DNA of 64,000 nt from Octopus vulgaris (taxonomy: Eukaryota): assembly GCA_951406725.2 (NCBI GenBank), contig OX597818.1:133610001-133674000 (forward strand). The letters run 5' to 3'. Made by a program: the position numbers and the translations under genes. A model generated the notes under the pieces. The model was not told where the DNA came from. It was given only the letters and a program-made list of their open reading frames with translations, and did no database searches. Below, in pieces: positions 54,203-64,000 of the stretch (position 1 is the stretch's first letter; each line of letters opens with the position of its first letter).

Positions 54203-54524
54203 TCATCATCATCATCGTTTAACGTCCACTTTCCATGCTAGCATGGGTTGGACGATTTTGACTGATGGCTTGCGAAGCAGATGGCTGCACCAGGCTCCAA
54301 TCTTGATTTGGCAGAGTTTCTACAGCTGGATGCCCTTCCTAATGCCAAACACTCCAAGAGTGTAGTGGGTGCTTTTTACGTGCCACCGGCAGGGGGGGGG
54401 GGCAGTCAGGCGGTACTGGCAACGACCTCACTCGAATCCTTTTACACATGCCACCAGCACAGGTGCCAGTAAGGCTACGTTGGTAACAATCACGCTCGAA
54501 TGGTGCCCTTTTATATGCCACTGG

Positions 54525-54525
<1 letters not shown>
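54203..54525 (-). mobile_element. RTE-LINE 3' tail (family C variant)
   Basis: catcatcatcgtttaacgtccactttccatgctagcatgggttggacg...ggatgcccttcctaatgccaa. Confidence 0.85.
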
Positions 54526-54594
<69 letters not shown>

Positions 54595-54949
54595 CAGACA
54601 GAGAAAGAAAGAGAGTGAGAGGGAAATGAAAGAGAGAGAGATGTATGTATATGTGTGTGTATATTTGTGTATATCCCTGTTTAATAAGGTGAATAAAAGA
54701 GAGATACAGGGAAAATCAAAATAAGAGGTGCATGTCAGTGTCTAATAATCTATGATGCATTGTACAATGTATATGTGCAAACAAATCAACCCAAGGATTT
54801 ATTTTTTAAGCCTCGTACTTATTCTATTGGTTTGTTTTGCCAAACTGCTAAGTTACAGGGACATAAACATATCAACACCAATTATCAAGGTGGTGATGGT
54901 GGGGCAAACACACACACACACACACGCATGTGTATATGTGCGTGTGTAC

Positions 54950-55004
<55 letters not shown>

Positions 55005-55007
<3 letters not shown>

Positions 55008-55233
55008 CTTTACTACCCACAAGGGGCTAAACACAGAAGGGACAAACAAGGACAGACAAACGGATTAAGTCGACTACATCGACCCCAGTGCGTAACTGGT
55101 ACTTAATTTATCGACCCCGAAAGGATGAAAGGCAAAGTCGACCTCGGCGGAATTTGAACTCGGAACGTAACAACAGACGAAATACGGCTACGAATTTCGC
55201 CCGGTGTGCTCACGTTTCTACCAGCTCGCCGCC
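55005..55233 (-). mobile_element. SINE family B, young full-length copy
   Basis: Minus strand ggcggcgagctggtagaaacg...gagttcaaattccgccgaggtcgactttgcctttcatcctttcggggtcgataaa...gtaccag. The central domain resembles Meta/MESC-type SINE domains (recollection, untested). Confidence 0.9.
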
Positions 55234-55238
55234 TTTAA

Positions 55239-55316
<78 letters not shown>

Positions 55317-55382
55317 CTTTTTTGCGTAATGAGATAAAAAAACCAAGGCTGTGTAGATATTAGAACATTTATAGATAGAAGG

Positions 55383-55433
55383 TCTTACAGCTGTTTCCAG
55401 GATATTTATTAATTATATCCCTTCATTGCAGAC
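55383..55433 (-). ncRNA. Degenerate PLE hammerhead motif
   Basis: Minus strand gtCTGcaATGA-ag-ggatat-aattaataa-atatcc-tg-GAAA-cagctg-TA-agac. The core is mutated. Confidence 0.45.
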
Positions 55434-55472
55434 AGTGTGAGAAGATGACACCATTATCACTTATATATATAT

Positions 55473-55696
55473 GTGGCGAGCTGGCAGAAACGTTAGCACG
55501 CCAGGCGAAATGCTCAGCAGTATTTCGTCTGTCACTACGTTCTGAGTTCAAATTCCGCCAAGATAGACTTTGCCTTTCATTCTTTCGGGGTCGATAAAGT
55601 ACCAGTTTTGCACTGGGGTCGATGTAATCGACTTAATCCCTTTTTCTGTCCTTGTTTGTCCCCTCTATGTTTAGCCCCTTCTGGGCAGTAAAGAAA
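55473..55696 (+). mobile_element. SINE family B, young full-length copy
   Basis: gtggcgagctggcagaaacgttagcacg...gtttagccccttctgggcagtaaagaaat. Confidence 0.9.
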
Positions 55697-55946
55697 TATA
55701 TATATATATAATATTTTATTGCAATATATGAACCTCTTTTGAATACTACCACCATAGATGACACTACTACAGGAATAATATCCATAAAAATATTAAAAAC
55801 GATAGATATATTTAGAATAGTCACTACCCACGAATTTATTTAGAACAGACATACTGCTGCTGCTACTACAACCACAACAGGTCACTGTGAGGCCACTTGA
55901 CCATTAAAGCAGATTCCACAAACAGCCTTTACTACTGGGTAATATC

Positions 55947-55977
<31 letters not shown>

Positions 55978-56716
55978 CTCCTCCTCCCCCTTCTTCACCT
56001 TCTTCAGCTGCTGCTTAAACCATCAAACTTCAGAACCAAATATATCTTTGCACCCATAAACACATTTTTCGTATCTGCTACTTCAAACCTACCTTATGAA
56101 CCCTCACAAAAGACAAGAGAGAGAGAGAGAGGAAAAAGGAAAATGTCCCACCTATTTGAAGACTATGGAAATATTTACAAAACATTTCATTTAATTTTTC
56201 TTCAGTTAAATAGTTTTTTTTTCAATTTAATTATTTTTCTTCTTAATTAATATCCACCTATGCTTTACTCTTAGTTAAAAAAGTCAAAAAGACAGAAACT
56301 GGTACTAACCATTACAAAATGTATTTCATGATAAAATTATTTGAGCATTTTCTACCTTGTCTAATTTTCTTTATACATATCAATTCGTGTGTCACTTTTC
56401 AACACTTTACACACACACATATATATATATATATATACAACAGGCTTCTTTCAGTTTCCATCTACCAAAACTGTTCACAAGGCCTGGTGCTATAGTAGAA
56501 GACATTTGACCAAGGTACCATGCAGTGGGACAGCCTTTGAAACCATATGGTTGGGAAGCAAGCTTCTTACCACACAGCCACATCACATTTCAAGAAATAC
56601 ATCTTGTCAGAATTTAAAGTAGACCACCAGCCATTCAGAAATCATTAACATTTTGCTTGTGTCTGTTTGACATCGAATTATTGTAACATTGGTTATCTCC
56701 TTTTTGTTTCTCTTCG

Positions 56717-57111
56717 AGTGGCTGTGTGGTAAGTAGCTTGCTAACCAACCACATGGTTCCGGGTTCAGTCCCACTGCGTGGCATCTTGGGCAAGTGTCTT
56801 CTGCTATAGCCCCAGGCCGACCAATGCCTTGTGAGTAGATTTGGTAGACGGAAACTGAAAGAAGCCTGTCGTATATATGTATATATATATATATATATAT
56901 GTGTGCGTTTGTGTGTCTGTGTTTGTCCCCCTAGCATTGCTTGACAACCGATGCTGGTGTGTTTACGTCCCCGTCACTTAGCGGTTCGGCAAAAAGAGAC
57001 CGATAGAATAAGTACTGGGCTTACAAAGAATAAGTCCCGGGGTCGATTTGCTCGATTAAAGGCGGTGCTCCAGCATGGCCGCAGTCAAATGACTGAAACA
57101 AGTAAAAGAGT
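56717..57111 (+). mobile_element. SINE family A, young near-full-length copy (short 5' fragments also at ~1105, 26815, 41528, 49150 and 56438)
   Basis: Near-identical to 1285-1680 and 59614-60017. Confidence 0.92.
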
Positions 57112-57199
57112 ATGTCTTCTTTCCCAGCAGCTCTTGTTTAAATGTTATCCGTTCAAAAGACAACTGACAAACAGATTTGTTCTCAGCTTGTAGTAAGGT

Positions 57200-58520
57200 C
57201 TAAGCATTTAAGTTACCATGTGTTTCATGTTATATTTATTGTACTTATTCATTTTACTAGTATTCTATATCAGCAAGATTTTGGTGCTGTGGAGCAAGAA
57301 AATATAACTATTAAAAATGCAGTAAATATTCATGGTTTTGAGGAAAATTTCTACTTGATATATTAGGAAAACTTACAGTATGTTTGTTCTAACATTTTTT
57401 TGCATCTAGTGCATTAAACCATGTTATGTTCTTTTTCTCATTTTAATATTTTCTCATGGGTAGCAGTAATTTTTATGGAAAGTATAAGGTAATTATCCTT
57501 TGTGAGTTTTCTTAAAGATGTGTTGCTTGAATATTCAATTTTAGATATGTCAGAATGGATTATGCTATTTCTTATCCAGTTTTAAGTTAGATTTTGTATT
57601 ACTATTAGGCACGCTGCGGTCATTTGATTCAGCTTTATTATAAGATTTTTGTATACATTTATTTTATCACAGTTTTTAATTCTATGTTTAGTTGCATATT
57701 CACTCTCAAGATTTTGAGATGCATTAATTTCGTTTATTAGTTTTATTAAATTTTCCCCAACTATCTGTACATTTATCGGTTTTGTTTCTGGGCATATCAG
57801 AGTTTTTTTATTAATTTTATTCTTAGATCTAGTTATATTATCATTGTGGTTAATTATATTAGATGTGATTATATTAGCATTATCATTTCTTTAGTTATTT
57901 GCAATATTCTTAGGTTTGGAATGTTGAGTTAAAGGTTTATGTGGTGTATTAATATGTTTTGTATGCTTATGTGCAGAAATTATGCTAAAATTAGAGCTGT
58001 TTGTATCAGATGGAATAAATTGGATCTTATCTATAAAACCATTTCTCAGCAGAGTATCATTATAATCTTCAGAGTTGTTATTAGATATTTCTACATTAGA
58101 GGATTGTTTAGATATTCTAAAGATATATTCCATACATGATTACCTACTATGTTTTTTAGATGATTTGAATTTTTGTGTATGTTATCAAGATTTTAGTGAA
58201 GTTTGAGAAAAAGAAAGTATACACTAATATTAAACTCTGAGGTAACATTGAGAAAATTATTCTTTTTTACAGACCAAGTTCAAAATGATAGACAGAAGGT
58301 TGATTTTTACAGAATGTTGATTGGGTAGAATGGTTAACATTATTTACTGCTAATATTGCATTATTCTGGCATAAACCTCCACTAAATTCCAGGAAATAAG
58401 ATTTCAGCGTATATAGTAAGATGAGTCCAACAATATTTGTAACTTGTGCAGAGTCCAATGAGCCCACCAATACACATGAAAAGAATCAGCTCTGGTTTTG
58501 CATATAATTATCTTTTATTA
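57200..58520 (-). pseudogene. Penelope-like element reverse transcriptase/thumb/linker, decayed
   Basis: Minus strand GSLDSAQVTNIVGLILLYTL...SGGLCQNNAILAV (cf. MGSxDGAE.C.LVG...GLYRDDGL), NFLNVT, NSNHLKNIV, RISKQSSNVEISNNNSEDYNDTLLRNGF (cf. RIS.LSS....F....Y..AL..SG). Confidence 0.75.
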
Positions 58521-58528
58521 TGTAAACA

Positions 58529-58562
<34 letters not shown>

Positions 58563-58569
58563 ATATGTA

Positions 58570-58614
<45 letters not shown>

Positions 58615-59613
58615 CTGGAGCCATGTAAAAAGCATCTAGTTCACACTAAAAGTAGGTGACGTTTGGAAGGATATCCTGCTATAAAAACTGTGTTAAAGCA
58701 GACCGTGTCAGTGCTGGTCCCACATAAAACACACTCCCTCCACTCTGTAGGGTGGTTGGCATTAGGAAGGACATTCAGCCATAAAAACTGTACCAAAACA
58801 GACAGTGAAATCTGATGCAGTCTTCTTGCTTGCCAGCTCCTGTCAAACCGTCATGCATAGAAAACAGACGTTAAACGATGATGATGATGATTATAGCATA
58901 CATAAATACAATACAAATATATATATATATAGACACATGTACATACACACATTATATATATATACATGTCCACACACATGCATCTATGTGTTCACAAGAA
59001 AGTGTACTAATTTCAGTATTCTTGTTCTTGCTCTTCAATGTGTTTATGACACTCAGATGCATGTCTATACAATATTAATCACATTTTCATCATGAAGATG
59101 ATCCTTATTGTCATACTTTTACATATTTGATCATATTTATATATCCGAGCAACATATATGCCCAGGAGATTAATGTACTGGTATTGTTGACAAAATTCAA
59201 ATCCTACTATAAAAGCCACTTTTCTGTATCTCTGGGCATGGAAATTTTTGTATTCTTTTCTCCTCAGTTGGCCCCAATTTCTACTCTAGTTCATGTGTTA
59301 AGAACTTAATGTTTCTTCAATGGCTCATAATTGATGCAGAACAAAGCAATCATCTTAAATACATTATGAAATCATCTAATAACCTTTTAGCAACAAGTTC
59401 AACACATTGTATGTGGTATTCATCTCTCTGCGACAATATAGAGGCATGCAAAGAGCAGAGAGCAGCAAGGACTAAGCAAGCTGCTTTCTACCCATATGTT
59501 AGCTATCCCATGTTTCTTTAATTCAAGAACTTTCCAGAAACCTACATTTAGACCTACAGCACAATACAAAAAAAAGACTGACCAACAACTAGATGATACA
59601 TATGGTATCATAT

Positions 59614-60017
59614 AGGCGCAGGAGTGGCTGTGTGGTAAGTAGCTTGCTAACCAACCACATGGTTCCGGGTTCAGTCCCACTGCATGGCACCTTGGGCAAG
59701 TGTCTTCTACTATAGCCCTGGGCCGACCAATGCCTTGTGAGTGGATTTGGTAGACAGAAACTGAAAGAAGCCTGTCGTATATATGTATACATATATGTAT
59801 GTGTGTGTTTGTGTGTCTGTGTTTGTCCCCCTAGCATTGCTTGACAACCGATGCTGGTGTGTTTATGTCTCTGTCACTTAGCGGTTCAGCAAAAGAGACC
59901 GATAGAATAAGTACTGGGCTTACAAAGAATAAGTCTCGGGATCGATTTGCTCGACTAAAGGCAGTGCTCCAGCATGACCGCAGCCAAATGACTGAAACAA
60001 GTAAAAGAGTAAAGAGT
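59614..60017 (+). mobile_element. SINE family A, full-length young copy
   Basis: Complete head to gtaaaagagtaaagagt tail. Confidence 0.92.
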
Positions 60018-60762
60018 ATATGATACATACAGTATCAGATAACGTACAAATACAAGTTAATAGTTGGCTAGTTGTTCAGCTGTACAAGTGACTTCTGTAA
60101 AAGTGCATCTGATTTAACTTTTAATTTTTTTTATTTCTCAAATATCACCATTAATCAAAGTTGTCTGTGCTAACTAGGAAAAAATAAATGTTAAAAAAAA
60201 TCAAAGAAACAACGTTCAAAACCAATAGGTTTCTTTGAAAATAATGACTTGCTGCTTGTTTATCAGTCTTCTAGAATGTATTTGTCTTTCCTACACACAT
60301 ACACATTCTCTATCTATCTTTCTTTTTCACTCTTTTTCTTTTCCTCCAACACACACACACACACATTGTGTCTCACCACATTTCTATGGTTAGGCAATGA
60401 CAAGATAGATATATATATATATACATATATGAGACGGAGAAATTACCAAGGTACCAAGATTTGTAAGGTTAAGGTGCAGGTTTACTCATCTAGACGTTAC
60501 TCTTATTGTGCTGTAGATCTGAGCAAGTTATATAACTCTACTTATGCAACTTTGCTTGACTGACTTAGGTAGTTAGTGGTAAGAAAAGCATTCAATCTAA
60601 GACAATTTCTCCAAAAGAAAACCACCCCAATCAAGCAAGTCTGGGGTGTGGAGGAATGGATATGGAAACTATAAAAGAAAAATGTTTCCATTTCAAATGA
60701 CGGGGTTCTAAAGAGCCAATAATGCTTACTCTTGGTTTAAGATATACTGATAAATCTTCCTT

Positions 60763-61025
60763 CATCATCATCATCATCATCATCATCATCGTTTAACGTC
60801 CGTTCTCCATGCTAGCATGAGTTGGATGGTTCGACTGGGGATCTGGGAAGCCAGGAGGCTGCACCAGGCTCCGGTCTTATCTGGCAATGTTTCTACAGCT
60901 GGATACCCTTCCTAACGCCAACCACTCCGTGAGTGTAGTGGGTGCTTTTTACGTGCCACCTGCACTGGAGCCAGGCGAGGCTGGCATCGGCCATGGTCGG
61001 ATTGGTGCATTTTACGTGCCACCTA
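60763..61025 (-). mobile_element. RTE-LINE 3' tail (family C)
   Basis: (CAT)n-cgtttaacgtccgttctccatgctagc...cttcctaacgccaaccactccgtgagtgtagtgggtgc. Confidence 0.9.
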
Positions 61026-61764
61026 CACATACTAACCAAAAGCAGCTAGAATTACAAGGTGGTACTGAAACTATGGAGGATTTAGTACAGAGCCCAGGTA
61101 CTAATACCTCGTTCAACTTGCTACAATCAATAGCTTCACAGAGTAGTTATGGAGTGGAACTTAGTTCCAGTTTCAAGGAGCAAAGCAAATTAGAGAAAAC
61201 TAAACCAGACAGGATGCCAATTGATTTGATACTTATCCCCAGCATCTGAATGGATTTCATCAATGTAGTATTCAATGTAGTACAGCCTAACCACATGCAA
61301 CAAAACACAAATGATTGGAACTTGCAATCTGTGAGCTGATAGTTTAATTAATACCTCATCCATATCCATTCCACAATTCTAGTAAATAGATGAATGATTG
61401 TTAATTGGCAAAAATATGACCATCCCCAAGTATAACAATATCTGTTTCAACACAGGATTTCACCTCAGGAATCTTGCAAAATAAATACATAAACATAAGA
61501 TGAATGATTATTATCCAAATACGCCCACTACTTACAAATAAGGAAGTCTTCTCCAGAAATAAAGCTTCTCATGAGCCAGCAAGGAAGCCTCTAAGTGATC
61601 TCTCAACCTGTTAGAAATAGAAGCCAAGTTTTCTTCAAACAACACCCTACTGCCTTAAAAAAGAGAATGCTGTATTGCATAAATGTAGACTGAGTTTCAA
61701 CAGAAAAGAAAAAGCTAAATGGCAATGCTTCTGAATATAGGTCTATTAGTTAAAATGGGATTAA

Positions 61765-62881
61765 CCCTTTCGTTACCAAACCGCCCAAAGCTGCCCGAAA
61801 AAAATTTTGGTTAATGTGACCAAACCGCCCAAAGCCGCCCGTATTTACCTATTCATATTTAAATGAGAATATCAGAGCAAATCTCTTTAGTACATTCGTG
61901 AAAATACGTGATTATACTTCGTAAACAGTTCATCTACAGTTTTGTACAACGATCGACGTGTAATTTTAATTCCCTGAATTTTGGGAGATTTTTTTCCACA
62001 TTTTTTTCGGCATCAATTTTTCTTCAACTTTGAAAATGGATAGGAGTTTCATGTTATCAAGCATTGATTCCGAATTGGAAAATTTGTGAAGCAAATACTG
62101 GGTACTGTTGTGGATTTAGTTTTTATACAGGGAAACTAATGTTAGTCAGCATGGCTTAGGGTATGATGTGGTCTGGAAGTTATTGTTTGAAGCGATCAAT
62201 GCGGAAACAAACTTACGCAGAATGAAAACAAACATAAAGTGGGGGTTCAAATTTCAGAAAATTTGTGAAGCAAATACTGGGTACTGCGTGGATTTAGTTT
62301 TTATACAGGGAAAATAATGTTAGTCAGCATGGCCTAGGGAACGATGTGGTCTAGAATTTTGTCACTTCCATGCCATAACCAGGGCCGTATATTATTTTTT
62401 GACCGATTTCTTTAGTTCGGTCAAACTTGCGGTGGATTCCAGTATTTCACTTTATTCCACCTTTATGGTACACCTGTTGTGCATTAAATTCAACTGATGA
62501 TATAGTGATGTGCACAATTCTTCTTTATCAAAATTTTGTTGCATACCCATTTGAATATTAGCTGATGATTAATTTTCTATGGTGATGTTTAAACAAAATT
62601 TTAATATTTTTACCTTTTGCTCAATTTAAAATTTTAATATTTTTACCTTTTGCTCAATTTACCTGGATTTACCTGTAATTAAAGTCACTTTGAGAAAAAG
62701 TTATGCAATAGAATTGATTAAGAACCCTTTCTTTAATTATGTTCCAAATATCACATTAATATGTTGATAAGTAAAAAAGTTACAGTTATTTAAGGAAACA
62801 AGCCTAGATTCATGATTATTTTAGAATTTAATTGAAACTCATGAGGGATGTATTTTGGTCAGAAATATAGTAACGAAAGGG
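61765..62881 (+). mobile_element. Internally deleted piggyBac transposon
   Basis: TTAA|ccctttcgttac ... gtaacgaaaggg|TTAA. An internal remnant KWGFKFQKICEANTGYCVDLVF/YTGKNNVSQHGLGNDVV...GRILFFD.FFSSVKLA matches the PGBD transposase core. Confidence 0.9.
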
Positions 62882-63019
62882 TTAAACAACATTAACAAGT
62901 CTGTGAACAGGTTGCTTCAAAAAGAGTAGCATGCTCTAATCCTTTCAAAATGCCAGAACATAACATATTGCATAAGTAAACTAATGACACACATACATAC
63001 ACACATAAAAAAATATAAA

Positions 63020-63265
63020 TGCGCCCTTTTTAAAGCCTAGCCAGGCTCATGGGCCCAGTTTCCCAGTTTCTATGGTGTATGTGTTCCCCTGCTGGATGGG
63101 ATGCCAGTCCATTGCAATGTTACTCATTTTTGCCAGCTGAGTGGACTGGAGCAACGTGAAATAAAGTGTTTTGCTCAAGAACACAACACATCAACCGGTC
63201 TAGGAATCGAAACCACAATCTTATGATCATGATGCTGACACCCTAACCACTAAGCCATGCGCCTC
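63020..63265 (-). mobile_element. SINE related to family D (same head and core, different tail)
   Basis: Minus-strand head ggaggcgcatggcttagtggttaggg...ggtttcgattcctag, then gtgttcttgagcaaaacactttatttcacgttgctccag. Confidence 0.8.
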
Positions 63266-63465
63266 CCCACACATACACACATACATACTTTATATTTTTT
63301 TTATTACTTTATAGTGATGTTTGTTTTTATATCATACTAAACACACATGTACACATACACCCACATATATATACATGTATAATTGGAGAATATATTTGCA
63401 GATATGTGTACGTCTGTAAGTGTTTATGTGCATGTGCATTCATACAACTAAGCACACATTCTTTT

Positions 63466-63800
63466 AAGACCCCCTTCAGTCATGAATGACCATGGGATTG
63501 CACCTACAAAGTTACGCTCCGAGGCACAAGTCTGGGCAAGGTTGTTTATGGAAGACCAGAAGTCGCCCATGCATACCGGCCTCCCCTCTCCATGTCACCA
63601 GTGCTATCCAAGGGAAAAGCAAAGGAGCCGATACAGCTTGGCACCAGTGACATCGCAACTCATTTCTACAGCTGAGTGAACTGAAGCAATGTGAAATAAA
63701 GTGTCTTGCTCAAGAATACAACACGCAGCCCGGTCCGGGAATCGAACTCACAACCCCACGATTGTGAGCTCAATGCTCTCACCACTGAGCCATGTGCCTT
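63466..63800 (-). mobile_element. SINE family D, full-length
   Basis: Collinear with 37016-37358. Confidence 0.9.
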
Positions 63801-64000
63801 CACACATAAGCACACATAAAATCTTTTTATATTTCAGCACTTTTTGTAAATGGTTGTATCTGGGATACACCCAATCAATGTATGTCAAATCAATAGAATC
63901 TAAATCTAAATCCTTCATTTTGGTAAACTGAGTACCTCTCTAAGTTCTCAATACAAACCATATGAGTATTTGACTTTTCTTTCCAAATCTCCAGCACCAG

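Noticed and set aside
57200-58520. Possible mitochondrial insertion (T-rich, strand-skewed)
   Set aside because: Minus-strand translation gives Penelope RT/thumb motifs, not mitochondrial proteins.

Overview
This is an AT-rich, microsatellite-saturated animal window. The SINE and LINE-tail repertoire is what I recognise from Octopus genomes; that species call is recognition, not a search. I find no supportable host protein-coding exon, tRNA, rRNA or CRISPR array, and nearly all ORF-track entries are translations of (TA)n/(CA)n/(TACA)n/(GATA)n/(TTA)n tracts. The window is a graveyard of mobile DNA. It holds four tRNA-headed SINE families (~40 copies or fragments), about 12 RTE-LINE 3' tails, decayed RTE, CR1/L2-like and R4/Dong LINE pieces, and Penelope-like element (PLE) fragments with minimal hammerhead ribozyme motifs. 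DNA elements include a ~5 kb pogo-type transposon with nested insertions, a deleted piggyBac, two Helitrons and several MITEs. The most interesting signals are mechanistic: (i) a recurrent class of (TA)n-bounded fold-back modules derived from PLE pseudo-LTRs, carrying hammerhead variants and a shared GAAA-loop motif; (ii) an RTE LINE with twin-priming-like inversion geometry; (iii) two locally templated inverted insertions; (iv) a SINE/LINE shared 3' tail. Coordinates were read by eye and may be off by a few bases.
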